From a virus (lineage: Duplodnaviria > Caudoviricetes), in the IMG/VR virus record IMGVR_UViG_3300032327_000258, positions 1 through 39,076 of that record: 39,076 bases of DNA; one strand, given 5' to 3'. This document shows positions 1 through 10,346 of this stretch, in pieces. How positions within the stretch are numbered: position 1 is the first letter of the stretch; every line of letters begins with the position of its first letter. The notes beneath the pieces were generated by a model, which ran no database searches, was not told the origin of the DNA, and was given only the letters and a program-made list of their open reading frames with translations. The position numbers were made by a program, and so were the translations under genes.

Positions 1-305
1 ACCAGACTACAGACCTCGCGCAAGTGGATGTCAATAAGATTGAAGCGGCGAGTAGCAGCCTATTTGTCTCTGGTTGGCGTCCTGCTGTGGGCTGGATTGG
101 GGTTCTGGGTTTGGCTTACCAATTTCTTGGTTACCCGCTAATGCAGTGGGGATGGGCTTTTGGACAGGGAGTAGATATAATCCCAAAGGAACTGCACCCT
201 CCGCCTGATCTTGATGTTGAGCAACTTATGACTCTTCTTGCGGGTTTGCTTGGGTTCGGTGGCATGAGGTCTTTTGAGAAGCACAAGGGAGTGGCAGCAA
301 AATGA
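1..305 (+). CDS. Holin, 3TM/GTA-holin family (5' truncated)
   Basis: Frame open from the window start (QTTDLAQVDVNKIEA); family-typical 'SLFVSGWRPAVGW' and 'LLGFGGMRSFEK' motifs with hydrophobic segments. Confidence 0.85.
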   Translation, partial: QTTDLAQVDVNKIEAASSSLFVSGWRPAVGWIGVLGLAYQFLGYPLMQWGWAFGQGVDIIPKELHPPPDLDVEQLMTLLAGLLGFGGMRSFEKHKGVAAK

Positions 306-937
306 CGGTTGCGGCAGTCATGACGTATTCGTCTCTTGTGGACGACATCTCAACTTACCTTGAGCGCAATGATCAGGCGACGTTAGACAAGATTCCGCAG
401 TTTATTATGTTCGCGGAGCAGGTCATTGCGTCTGAGATTAAGTTCCTTGGGAACTTGACGGTGGCTGATGGGACCATGACGGCAAACGATCCTGTGTTAG
501 ACAAGCCGGCAAGATGGAGAAAGACGGTATCGTTTAACGTTACTACGGGTGGCGAGCGCTACCCGGTGTTCCTGCGCAAGTACGAGTACCTACGAGAGTA
601 TTGGCCAGACGACACTCAGACTGGGCTGCCTGCGTTCTACTGCGATTACGATTACACCCACTGGCTCGTGGCTCCAACTCCTGCGGCGGCGTACTCATTT
701 CAGGTGTTGTATTACGAGCGCAATCAGCCTTTGGATTCGGCCAATCAGTCTAATTGGTTTACCCAGTACGCGCCTCAAGCGTTGTTGTATGGAAGCCTCC
801 TGCAGGCGATGCCGTTCCTCAAGAACGACGAGCGCATTCCGGTGTGGCAGGCAATGTACGACAAGTCAATTGCGTTGCTCAAGCAAGAAGATATGACTCG
901 TGTTGGTGATCGTCAAACGGTGGTGAAAGACTCATGA
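302..937 (+). CDS. Head-tail adaptor / tail tubular protein A-like
   Basis: 211 aa; 'MTYSSLVDDISTYLER...IPQFIMFAE', 'APTP', 'SNWFTQYAPQALLYGSL' typical of podovirus adaptors; first gene of tail module. Confidence 0.7.
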   Translation: MTVAAVMTYSSLVDDISTYLERNDQATLDKIPQFIMFAEQVIASEIKFLGNLTVADGTMTANDPVLDKPARWRKTVSFNVTTGGERYPVFLRKYEYLREYWPDDTQTGLPAFYCDYDYTHWLVAPTPAAAYSFQVLYYERNQPLDSANQSNWFTQYAPQALLYGSLLQAMPFLKNDERIPVWQAMYDKSIALLKQEDMTRVGDRQTVVKDS

Positions 938-2154
938 GTTACAACAGCCCATTTACGGGTAACGTTATCCAGCCAACGGACGTTTCCTATGCGTCCTACG
1001 CGCTAACGTCCACTACTGGGACCATTCAACTTGAGTGGCCACTGAACGGTAATGATACGGACTATGTTGCCGCGAGGGTGATGCAAGTCAGCACGACTAG
1101 CACGGCGTATGAGTTGTGGATGCCACCGGCGAATCAAGCGTCCGTAGGTCAGGATGCGCTGATCTACAACACAGGTGGAGTTACGCTAACGGTCAAGTCG
1201 TTTGGCGGCGCAAACTCAATCATTTCCATTCCTCCAACGGGTGGCAGCGCTCAGTACATCTTTATCACGTCCAACGCTACTACAACAGGGACGTGGGGCG
1301 TCATAGCGTTTGGGTCAACGACGACAAACTCTAATGCTGCAACGCTTGCTGGATACGGCCTAACGGCTATTGGGGCAACCTTAAACCAGTCGCAGCCGGT
1401 AACGACCTTTGCATCTAACTACACGGCGGTTGATTCTGATCGAGCAAATACTTATGTTTGGACGGGTGGTGCGGGGACGCTTACGCTCACGTCGGCTTCA
1501 ACGTTAGGTAATGATTGGTTCTTCTTGGTTCGCAACGGAGGGACCGGAACTCTTGCGGTAACGCCGAGCGGTGGAGATTTGATTAACGGATCGGCCTCGC
1601 TCGATCTGCAGCCGGCTGATTCGTGTCTGATTTCAAGTTCAGGGACGGCGTTCTATTCGGTTGGCCTTGGCAAGAGCACGCAGTTCAACTTCACGCAGTT
1701 GACGAAGGCGGTTACGTTTGCCGGATCGCCGTACACCCTGACTTCTTCGGAAGCGGCTAACGTCATTCAGAAGTACACTGGGACTCTAACCGGCAACGTA
1801 GTAGTCAACCTGCCACAGACCATTCAGGTTTACTACATCACTAATCAGACTTCTGGTGCGTACACGATTACGTTCCAGACTGGGGTTGCAGGTGGAGCTA
1901 CGGCGGTGGTTCCTGCAGGCCAGCAAGTTATCCTTTTGTGTGACTCTGTAAACCTCTACAACGCGTCAACGATTGCCGCCGGGGCGTCTACCCTAGCACT
2001 GGCCAATGGATCGGCTGGAGCCCCTTCGCTGGGGTTTTCCTCAGAAAGCACAACTGGAATTTTTCGACCGTCATCTGGTGTGTTTGGTATTTCCATACTA
2101 GGAAACCAAAAGTTTTACCTTGACGCCAATGGGATACAGGCTGGAATTTTCTGA
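934..2154 (+). CDS. Virion structural protein (tail fibre/spike-like)
   Basis: 406 aa, T/S/G-rich beta-type composition; C-terminal 'GSAGAPSLGFSSESTTGIFRP' repeat common in phage tail fibres. Confidence 0.65.
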   Translation: MSYNSPFTGNVIQPTDVSYASYALTSTTGTIQLEWPLNGNDTDYVAARVMQVSTTSTAYELWMPPANQASVGQDALIYNTGGVTLTVKSFGGANSIISIPPTGGSAQYIFITSNATTTGTWGVIAFGSTTTNSNAATLAGYGLTAIGATLNQSQPVTTFASNYTAVDSDRANTYVWTGGAGTLTLTSASTLGNDWFFLVRNGGTGTLAVTPSGGDLINGSASLDLQPADSCLISSSGTAFYSVGLGKSTQFNFTQLTKAVTFAGSPYTLTSSEAANVIQKYTGTLTGNVVVNLPQTIQVYYITNQTSGAYTITFQTGVAGGATAVVPAGQQVILLCDSVNLYNASTIAAGASTLALANGSAGAPSLGFSSESTTGIFRPSSGVFGISILGNQKFYLDANGIQAGIF

Positions 2155-5138
2155 TGACCGCGAAGGTTTTTCAGTTAGATACAAAGGCGGGAATCCAGCG
2201 GGACGGGACTGTTTTTGACATGAACTTCTATACGGACGGTCGCTGGGTTCGATTCCAGCGTGGGCGTCCAAGGAAGATTGGTGGTTACGCAACCATTTCG
2301 GATCAATTGACCGGTCCTTCGAGAGGTGTGTGGGTCAACCCGTCAAATGGTTTCAATCAAATCTTTAGCGGGTATAACAACGGATTGCAGTCGCTTTCGG
2401 TTGACAACAACGGGGTTGGCGCTGGTATCAGCAACTATACGTTGAGTAACTTTACGGCCAGCAACCTCAATCTGTGGCAGTTTGATGGTTTCTACGACGT
2501 TGGTGGATCTGGGGTTGCGTCAATTTTGGCTCACCCCGGTCAGAACCTTGCGCAGATTGATGCGACTACAAATACTCCAGTTTTGATTGGTGACATCAAT
2601 GGAACGACGCTCTCCCAAATTGGGGCGTTTTCTGATGCTAATGCTTATCTAAACGCAACGACGACGGTTACTTTCAGCAAAGCTGACATTCTGATTGGTG
2701 CTGGGCAGTCGGTGACTGGGACGGGAATTCCGGCTAACACGACTGTTGTCTCAAAGGTTGAGGCTGCAGACATTCTTTCGTCTGTTGCGGTGACGGGGAC
2801 TGGTGGGCAGTTATCTTGTGCTTCAACCTCTGGTCTGTTTATTGGCCAGACGGTATCCGTCACCGGAACAACAAGTCCGCAGACGTTGGCAAGCGTAGCA
2901 ATCACAAATACGGGTGGTGCGTTTTCCTGCACTGCAACAACGGGACTGTACGTCAATCAACCGGTTTACGTTACAGGTACTCAAAGCGGGGTTGCTTTAT
3001 CCGGGGTGGCGGTTACGGGAGTGGCCGGGCAGTGTTCTTGTACTGCGACGAGCGGGTTGTATATCGGGCAGGCTGTAGTGGTCTCAGGGACTCTTACGGG
3101 GACTGCTACTGGCATTTCGACTGGCTTGACCTACTACATCATTGCAACGAACGGCACGACAACTTTTACTTTGTCGGCGACTCCTGATGGGACTGCGATC
3201 ACAACGACTGCAGGTACGACAACCGGGTTGGTTTTTACGGTACAGCAGTTCACTGGGGTCACGTCAGGAACCACTTACTACATTACGGCAACCAACGGGA
3301 CTTCGACGTTTACGTTGTCTGCTTCAATCGGTGGACCATCGCTGATAACGGCGACGAATAGTGTGTCTGGGTTGGTGTTCTCGGTTCCCAAGGATACTGG
3401 CTTGGTGTCTGGGACGACGTATTACATCATTGCCACCAACTATTCGACCACTTTCACGTTGTCGGCTACGAGTGGCGGATCCGCTATTACTACGATCGTC
3501 AATTCAACAACTGGACTTGTGTTTACGTTAGGTTCGTATACAAAGGTAGTGTTGTCTAACGCGGCTACAACAAGCGGCAACTCAACGCTTACGTTCAATA
3601 ACAATGTATCCGTTTCTGGGGGTGTAGTCACGTTGCACCCCTACATTTTTGTTTACGGCAACAATGGCTTGATCAAGAACTGCGCGGCGGGAAATGCTCA
3701 GGACTGGGTTTCTGCGGACGCAAACGAGGTCAATGTAGCGACCGGGAAGATTGTCCAAGGGCTACCCGTCAGGGGTGGCTCAAACGCGCCCTCCGGGTTG
3801 TTTTGGAGCCTTGATAGCCTAGTTCGCGTCTCGTACATTGGTGGAGCAGGTACTCCTGCGCAGTATTGGCGTTACGACATCATCACAAGTCAATCATCAA
3901 TTCTTTCAAGCCAGTCGGCGATTGAATATGACGGTGTGTACTACTGGTGTGGAGTTGACCGATTCTTGTTGTACAACGGTACGGTCAAAGAGATCCCGAA
4001 CAACTTTAATCAGAATTACTTTTTTGACAATCTGAACTATAGCCAGCGCCAGAAGGTGTGGGCTACCAAGGTTCCAAGGTACGGTGAGATTTGGTGGTTC
4101 TATCCTCGTGGCGATGCGACTGAGTGTACTGACGCCATTATTTTTAACGTGCGCGAGGGGGTCTGGTACGACGCTGGCGAGGCTCTAGGTGCGCGTAGGT
4201 CCGCTGGGTACTTCTCGCAGGTTCTAGCTCACCCTGTGTCTGCTGGATGGGAAGTAACGGACGCTACGGCGGTGTTCGATCAGTCCATGACGACGGTAAG
4301 CGGTAGTGTTTTCATCAATCTGGGCGCGTTTAATACTCAGGTGACGGTTGGCCAAGTGGTTTCGGGAACTAACATTGTTTCTGGCACGACTGTCAGCGCG
4401 ATTACTTCGAGCGCTATTCAAACGCTTGGTTCGGTTACTGGTGGATCTGCCTATACCAATGGGACTTACAACAATGTCCCTTTGACTGGCGGTAGCGGGG
4501 CCAACGCAACGGCTACGGTAGTTGTGTCTGGTGGAGCAGTGACTACGGTGACGATCACGTTGCGTGGCGCAAGCTATGTAGTTGGGGACGTGTTGAGCGC
4601 GTCCAATACTAATCTCGGAGGTACTGGCGCTGGGTTCTCTATCCCGGTGACGGCAATCTATGCCCAGACGATCAGACTGTCGGTGGCGGCATCTGGGAGC
4701 GGGACGCAGACTTTGACGTTTAGCACGCCTGCAAATTTAATTTCAATGTACCAGCACGAGGTTGGGGTTGATGCGGTGTCTGGTCAGAACGTGGTTGCGA
4801 TTGATTCGTTCTTTGAGACTAGCGATCTTGGTTGGGTTGCTGGCGGACCTGCGGAGCCTACGATGATGGGTGAGAACCGTTGGTTGAGATTGGAGCGTAT
4901 TGAGCCTGACTTCATTCAGAGCGAAGAGATGACGGTTGTTGTAACTGGGAGGCCGTTTGCGCAGAGTCAGGATGTTGACTCGGATCCGTACACGTTTGGG
5001 CCGAATGTTGGCAAGGTTGATATGCGAGAGCAGCGCCGAGAGCTAAGGTTGCGGTTTAGATCAAACGTGGCTGGCGGAGATTACCAGTTAGGGAAGTTGC
5101 TACTAAGCGCGGCGTTGGGCGATGTGAGACCATACTGA
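2154..5138 (+). CDS. Tail tubular/nozzle (stabilisation) protein with inserted beta-rich domains
   Basis: 994 aa; N-terminal 'WVRFQRGRPRKIGGY', central 'YWCGVDRFLLYNG', 'EIWWFYP', C-terminal 'RELRLRFRSN' typical of nozzle proteins; repeats inserted. Confidence 0.7.
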   Translation: MTAKVFQLDTKAGIQRDGTVFDMNFYTDGRWVRFQRGRPRKIGGYATISDQLTGPSRGVWVNPSNGFNQIFSGYNNGLQSLSVDNNGVGAGISNYTLSNFTASNLNLWQFDGFYDVGGSGVASILAHPGQNLAQIDATTNTPVLIGDINGTTLSQIGAFSDANAYLNATTTVTFSKADILIGAGQSVTGTGIPANTTVVSKVEAADILSSVAVTGTGGQLSCASTSGLFIGQTVSVTGTTSPQTLASVAITNTGGAFSCTATTGLYVNQPVYVTGTQSGVALSGVAVTGVAGQCSCTATSGLYIGQAVVVSGTLTGTATGISTGLTYYIIATNGTTTFTLSATPDGTAITTTAGTTTGLVFTVQQFTGVTSGTTYYITATNGTSTFTLSASIGGPSLITATNSVSGLVFSVPKDTGLVSGTTYYIIATNYSTTFTLSATSGGSAITTIVNSTTGLVFTLGSYTKVVLSNAATTSGNSTLTFNNNVSVSGGVVTLHPYIFVYGNNGLIKNCAAGNAQDWVSADANEVNVATGKIVQGLPVRGGSNAPSGLFWSLDSLVRVSYIGGAGTPAQYWRYDIITSQSSILSSQSAIEYDGVYYWCGVDRFLLYNGTVKEIPNNFNQNYFFDNLNYSQRQKVWATKVPRYGEIWWFYPRGDATECTDAIIFNVREGVWYDAGEALGARRSAGYFSQVLAHPVSAGWEVTDATAVFDQSMTTVSGSVFINLGAFNTQVTVGQVVSGTNIVSGTTVSAITSSAIQTLGSVTGGSAYTNGTYNNVPLTGGSGANATATVVVSGGAVTTVTITLRGASYVVGDVLSASNTNLGGTGAGFSIPVTAIYAQTIRLSVAASGSGTQTLTFSTPANLISMYQHEVGVDAVSGQNVVAIDSFFETSDLGWVAGGPAEPTMMGENRWLRLERIEPDFIQSEEMTVVVTGRPFAQSQDVDSDPYTFGPNVGKVDMREQRRELRLRFRSNVAGGDYQLGKLLLSAALGDVRPY

Positions 5139-5386
5139 TGGGTCAGGCTCTGGTCTATGATCCAAGGTTTCATACGTTTGAGTCTTGGGCTGCATTGATG
5201 TGTGAGCAGTATGCGGCGCAGCAATTAGAGATCCCGACTGCGACAACGGATTGGAAGACGTGGGGTAACGGCATCAATGCTATTGATGTGTTTGCGAACG
5301 AAGCCATCCCTCACACTGAGAATTACGACAACTGGTTTGATTGGGCTGCGGCCTTACTTGGAACAGTAAACCCGGAAGCAGGTTAA
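5138..5386 (+). CDS. Small phage protein, tail module
   Basis: 82 aa Trp-rich ORF coupled to upstream gene (TGATG overlap). Confidence 0.7.
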   Translation: MGQALVYDPRFHTFESWAALMCEQYAAQQLEIPTATTDWKTWGNGINAIDVFANEAIPHTENYDNWFDWAAALLGTVNPEAG

Positions 5387-5387
5387 G

Positions 5388-8300
5388 ATGGCCCTTCTTA
5401 TTTTACAAAAAGATTCGACTGGTGTTGCTCCAGCAAGCGCGTTGTCGTCTGTCGCGCCAAACGCTGAATCACAAAATGTTTCTGCATTATCTACGGTTAA
5501 TTCAGGTTTACCGTCAAATCTGACAACTGACAATACCAATTCAACAGTATCTGATTCGTCAGCTCTAAGTCCGTTGACTTCCGCGCAAGTTACTAACCCT
5601 GTAACTCAACAAACCAGTGCGCTGCCTGCCGCGACTCAGCAAGCGACGACGGCTAACAACGTTGCTAGTGACTCTCATTATGGTGATCCAAAATTTGGTT
5701 TTTTTGAACAAGACACAAACCAATGGATTCCGTATAGTGATGCTGAAATAGCAAATAAAGCGAATGCAACAACTTCAAATGTTAATAACACCTCGTCAAA
5801 CAACAACATTATTGATAGATATGTAAATCCTATTGTTGACACAATCACAACCGGTCTAAAGGAAAATTTAAAAACAGCAGATCCTTTGGTTTTTCCAACA
5901 GGTGTTGTCTCATCTATTCCAAATTTATCCGGAACAACATTTTTTAATACAGATCGAAGCAATAAACTTGGAACCGCTTGGGATTTTGGAGCAATTTTCC
6001 CAAAAGGGGATGAATTTACTGTTGACGCTACAAAACTTCCGCCCGGAAAAACCATAGAACAAGCAAGAGAAGCGGCAAGGGCGTATAAAAACAAAGACTA
6101 TGAAACATTAAGAAGTTTAAGTCAGACCGAAAGTGGTCCAATTACTTCCGTTCCAAGAAGCCTGTATTCTGTATCTTCAGACCCAAGGATACAGTTAGAG
6201 AGTAGTTGGGACTTTAATTCAATATTTGCAGATCCAAAAAATCCGAATCTATCAGCGTTGCCGCGTGGAAAGACCCTGTATGACGCAATGCAGGCGAAGC
6301 AGGCTTACGACACAGGGAATTTTGAGGGTTTACAAAAACTAAGTTATTCTCCATCCACAAATATTGCGATGGAATTATCGGGAACAACAAGCGTTCCTAC
6401 GGAAGGATTCAACCAAGTCACAAAAATTATTTCTGAAGGCTTGGCGGCCAACGGACTTACGAGTGTAAACGACCTAAAATACGAAAAAATACCAAAATAT
6501 CAAAATGAACAATTACAATATATTGCAAGAACTTCAGTTTACGAAGACGGAACAACTGTTGCTCCGGGGTACTATTTTCAAGGCAAAAAATTATTTGAGC
6601 TTAATGATCCGAAAATAGAAGAACTTAAAGCAAAAGGACAGTGGCAAGAAGGATTAATTGATGAACCTGACGGTACTTATCATCAAGTTACAACTCCGGT
6701 GCCAACAGGTGGTTACGATGAGTATTGGTATAACCAAGCAACAGGACAAAGAATAAACGACCCACGCAGAGTTGCCATGATTGGCAACGGCAGTATGGGG
6801 GTTAGTGGAGGTGATGTATTTTTTGAACTTGGCACAACTCCTGAAGGTCAAATAACCTTCAATCCGTGGTTTAGCAAAAGACAAAGCTGGGCCGACAATG
6901 ATTTTGGTCAAATTGCAAATTTTGGTCTTAAATTTACTCCGTTTGCTCCTGTTGCATATGCAATTGATGCCTATCAAGCATATAAGAACGATAATCCGTT
7001 AGGAGTTGCGATTGCCATTGCTGGTGGCGTTGGGGAACTTGCTGGTTCTAATTTATTTTTACCAGATGAAGTTGGGTCTGATTGGGCGACCTCTGGTGCT
7101 GGAACCGCTGCTGCTACCACCCCAACAGATGTTCTTGCTGGGCAGGTGGCAACAGCAGCAAACATTGCCAGACCAGCGCTGATGGCTGTTGATGCAGCAT
7201 TGAATAACAAATGGGGTACTGCGTTGTCATTGGCCGGGAATTTGGCTGGTGCTGGTAGTACGCCCATTGGAAATACAGGGTTTACCTACGGCGATGCAAG
7301 CAAGTTTGTGTCTATTGGTGCCAACATTGCAAATGGAAAATTTGGTGATGCTGCAATTACAGCGGCTCCATATTTAAATAGCCCAAATTTAGAGCTTGCT
7401 GGACGTGCTAGTAACTTAATCCAAGCAATTAACACGTATGAAACAACAGGAAATTTTACCCCTCTTTTAGAAGCTGGGAATGCGTTTAGAAAAACCGCAT
7501 CAAACGTCCTTAATGCAAAATCGGCTACTACTGGTGGGACAACAACCCCAGTCACTGGTGGTTCAACGGATACCGTTAAAGGCGGCGCTGGGAATGACAC
7601 GATCATCCAGACAGATGCTGGTGACGCCGGAGCAGACGAAATCCTGACGGCTTCCCAAGGGGTTGGCAACGTAAGTGGTGAAGGAACTCAGGTTGCTGGG
7701 GCGGATACCGGAACCAAAACAGACGAAACCAAATACCAAAAGTTGCCTAGGCGACCGTCAGAGATGACGGATGAAGAACTAGATGAATACGTTATTGGAA
7801 AAAATCCAGAGACTGGTGAGTATCTTTATCTAGGTGTTCATTCTGATGAAGATCGTCAAGATCTCTTTGATGAGTTTTATAAGAGACTTGGGGTAGATAG
7901 AAATTCTTCTTCAGGAGGAGATGGGTCTGTAACTGGAGCCGGTACCACAACTGGGCCACAAATAACTTCATTGGTTAGTTTGGCTGGAACCGCTAATGCA
8001 AACGAAAATTTAAGAAGAGTTTTAGTTGAAAATGGCGGTGATCTTGCATATTTAGGAGCCCAGCCTCCTAGCGCCCCCGGAACGAGCCCAACGGAAGATA
8101 CATTTGCATGGAAAAAAACTATACAGCCGGTCATAGGTGGGCCAGACCAATATGAGTTAACTGACTCAACTGGCAAGGTTCTTTCATTATTTGTAGAGGT
8201 TCTTCCGCCAAGAATAGAGTCAGAAGACTCGGATGATTATTTTGTTGACGAGAACGGCAATAGGCATTATTACCTTAAGTTTAATATTTCGTCTCCTGAC

Positions 8301-10346
8301 AACCCAAACAAAAAAATTCAAGTCACCTCCGAGCAAGCAAAAGAATTTCTTCCGTTCAGTCTTGTAGACACACTAACAAAAACTACTTCTGAAAGCCAAA
8401 CAACCAATCCTTCAGCAACTACCGACCCGACAAAAACCGATCAAACCCAAATTGATCAAACAAAAACACCAGAGCAGATTGCCAGAGAAACAAGAGCTAA
8501 CAACAGCAGCAAGGTTGCAACCCGTGCCAGTGAGTTGATCAATGGCGGATCAAGTGTTAGTTCGGCTTTGTCGCAGGCTGCATCTGAGAGTGGATTGACC
8601 GCTGCAGACTACGATCCTCCTTCTTGGGCTTCTTCTTCTAGTGCTTCTGACAGCAATGCGTCAAGCGATGCTGCTGCATCAGGCAGCGGTGCAGCAAGTG
8701 ATTCAGCGTCCCAAGTGGAGTCTGATGCCTCTAAGTTTATTGCTTCGGGTTCTTCTCCTTCGGATGCTTGGTCGCAGGCTCTAGCCAAGAACGGCCTCAA
8801 AGAATCTGATTTGACTCGGCCAAACTGGGCTGTTCCCGGTGGCGGCTTAGACGTAGCAAATCCAATTGGAGAAGAAATTCTGGGTTTTCCCAACCCAGAA
8901 TTTCCAATCCCGCCCGGAAAAACCGGGACCGGTGGGTTATTGGGTTCCATTGGAACGTCTGGGGTCGTTGGTACGTCTGGTTCATCGGGCGCGTCTGGAT
9001 CAAGCGGGTCGTCTGGGGGTAGCGGAACTTCGGGTACAACAGGAACCACCGGCACTACTGGAACTACCGGAACCACAGGCACTACGGGTACAACGGGCGC
9101 GATCGGAACAACCGGAACAACCGGAACAACCGGAACGACCGGAACGACTGGCACGACTGGCACGACTGGTACAACCGGAACGACTGGCACGACTGGCACG
9201 ACTGGAACTACCGGCACTACGGGTACAACTGGCACAACCGGAACTACCGGAACTACCGGAACTACCGGAACTACCGGAACTACCGGAACTACCGGAACCA
9301 CAGGCACGACTGGCACGACTGGCGCGATTGGAACAACCGGCACGACCGGCACAACCGGGTCAACCAGCACAGGAACTGGCACAGGTACCGGAACAGGAAC
9401 CGGAACTGGGACTGGGACTGGAACTGGAACCGGAACAGGAACCGGAACAGGTACGGGTACTGGCACGGGTACTGGTACTGGAACCGGGACTGGTACCGGA
9501 ACTGGTACCGGAACTGGTACTGGAACGGGAACTGGCACCGGAACAGGTACTGGAACAGGTACTGGAACCGGGACTGGGACGGGAACAGGAACTGGTACAG
9601 GCACCGGAACTGGAACGGGAACAGGAACTGGAACCGGAACTGGTATTGACCTTATAGATTTGAAAGATAAGCCGTCAAGACCTTCTGGACCTTCCGGGAC
9701 TTTGGCATCAGGCGAAAGCGCATCAACCCCGATCGTTGACGCAAATTTACCTCTGCGTAAAGTTGGAGATCTGGGAAAATACGTTAGTCCGTTGGTTGCA
9801 TATCAAATGGCCGTCCAAGAGATGTACAACAAGTCTATGGATGAAAAGGCTCGTCAGGAACAGCCAAAGGGAAAGAACTTGGAAACCGATACATCTTTCT
9901 GGAGTTATGGACAAGAGAAGCCTCTTGAATCAATCTTTGGTGCGTTTGACAAATTCTTTGGCTCTGAAGAACCCAAAGAAATCAAAGCTGCTACTGGGGG
10001 TTCAATTGCTGCGCTCTTGGCGGCTGGCGGCGCATCAAGAACTGGTCGAGGGAGTACCACTCTTGTGCCTCATTCGGGTAAGATGCGAGTTGACTTCCGG
10101 CGTGGCGATGCTGTAACGGGTCCGGGGGATGGGCAATCGGACGACATTCCTGCCATGCTTGCGGACGGGGAGTTTGTGTTCCCAGCGGACGTTGTGTCTG
10201 CTTTGGGTAACGGATCAACAAAAGCCGGATCGGACAAGTTGTACGAAATGATGCATTCAATTCGAGCACGGGCACGGAAGGCACATCCAAAGTCTTTGCC
10301 TCCGCCGGCTAAGTCACCTCTTGAGTATCTGCGGGGTAAAAAATGA
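5388..10346 (+). CDS. Large putative internal virion/ejection protein with (GTT)n and (GT)n repeats
   Basis: 1652 aa ORF; C-terminal '[28 protein letters not shown]' domain seen in phage virion proteins; follows tail genes. Confidence 0.75.
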   Translation: MALLILQKDSTGVAPASALSSVAPNAESQNVSALSTVNSGLPSNLTTDNTNSTVSDSSALSPLTSAQVTNPVTQQTSALPAATQQATTANNVASDSHYGDPKFGFFEQDTNQWIPYSDAEIANKANATTSNVNNTSSNNNIIDRYVNPIVDTITTGLKENLKTADPLVFPTGVVSSIPNLSGTTFFNTDRSNKLGTAWDFGAIFPKGDEFTVDATKLPPGKTIEQAREAARAYKNKDYETLRSLSQTESGPITSVPRSLYSVSSDPRIQLESSWDFNSIFADPKNPNLSALPRGKTLYDAMQAKQAYDTGNFEGLQKLSYSPSTNIAMELSGTTSVPTEGFNQVTKIISEGLAANGLTSVNDLKYEKIPKYQNEQLQYIARTSVYEDGTTVAPGYYFQGKKLFELNDPKIEELKAKGQWQEGLIDEPDGTYHQVTTPVPTGGYDEYWYNQATGQRINDPRRVAMIGNGSMGVSGGDVFFELGTTPEGQITFNPWFSKRQSWADNDFGQIANFGLKFTPFAPVAYAIDAYQAYKNDNPLGVAIAIAGGVGELAGSNLFLPDEVGSDWATSGAGTAAATTPTDVLAGQVATAANIARPALMAVDAALNNKWGTALSLAGNLAGAGSTPIGNTGFTYGDASKFVSIGANIANGKFGDAAITAAPYLNSPNLELAGRASNLIQAINTYETTGNFTPLLEAGNAFRKTASNVLNAKSATTGGTTTPVTGGSTDTVKGGAGNDTIIQTDAGDAGADEILTASQGVGNVSGEGTQVAGADTGTKTDETKYQKLPRRPSEMTDEELDEYVIGKNPETGEYLYLGVHSDEDRQDLFDEFYKRLGVDRNSSSGGDGSVTGAGTTTGPQITSLVSLAGTANANENLRRVLVENGGDLAYLGAQPPSAPGTSPTEDTFAWKKTIQPVIGGPDQYELTDSTGKVLSLFVEVLPPRIESEDSDDYFVDENGNRHYYLKFNISSPDNPNKKIQVTSEQAKEFLPFSLVDTLTKTTSESQTTNPSATTDPTKTDQTQIDQTKTPEQIARETRANNSSKVATRASELINGGSSVSSALSQAASESGLTAADYDPPSWASSSSASDSNASSDAAASGSGAASDSASQVESDASKFIASGSSPSDAWSQALAKNGLKESDLTRPNWAVPGGGLDVANPIGEEILGFPNPEFPIPPGKTGTGGLLGSIGTSGVVGTSGSSGASGSSGSSGGSGTSGTTGTTGTTGTTGTTGTTGTTGAIGTTGTTGTTGTTGTTGTTGTTGTTGTTGTTGTTGTTGTTGTTGTTGTTGTTGTTGTTGTTGTTGTTGTTGTTGAIGTTGTTGTTGSTSTGTGTGTGTGTGTGTGTGTGTGTGTGTGTGTGTGTGTGTGTGTGTGTGTGTGTGTGTGTGTGTGTGTGTGTGTGTGTGTGTGTGTGTGTGTGIDLIDLKDKPSRPSGPSGTLASGESASTPIVDANLPLRKVGDLGKYVSPLVAYQMAVQEMYNKSMDEKARQEQPKGKNLETDTSFWSYGQEKPLESIFGAFDKFFGSEEPKEIKAATGGSIAALLAAGGASRTGRGSTTLVPHSGKMRVDFRRGDAVTGPGDGQSDDIPAMLADGEFVFPADVVSALGNGSTKAGSDKLYEMMHSIRARARKAHPKSLPPPAKSPLEYLRGKK
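9033..9645 (+). repeat. In-frame tandem repeats: ~36 x 9 bp (GGN ACN ACN) then ~45 x 6 bp (GGN ACN)
   Basis: Directly visible, e.g. ggaactacc runs near 9240-9295 and ggaacaggaacc units; counts estimated from span. Confidence 0.95.

Noticed and set aside
934-5138. Diversity-generating retroelement acting on tail genes
   Set aside because: No reverse transcriptase and no template/variable repeat pair differing at adenines; repeats are old protein-level duplications
9033-9645. Possible CRISPR array
   Set aside because: 6- and 9-bp coding units with no unique spacers and no cas genes
8609-9657. 331-aa (PV)n minus-strand ORF and 263-aa alternate-frame ORF
   Set aside because: Stop-free shadows of the Gly-Thr repeat in the 1652-aa gene; wobble variation fits the GT/GTT frame
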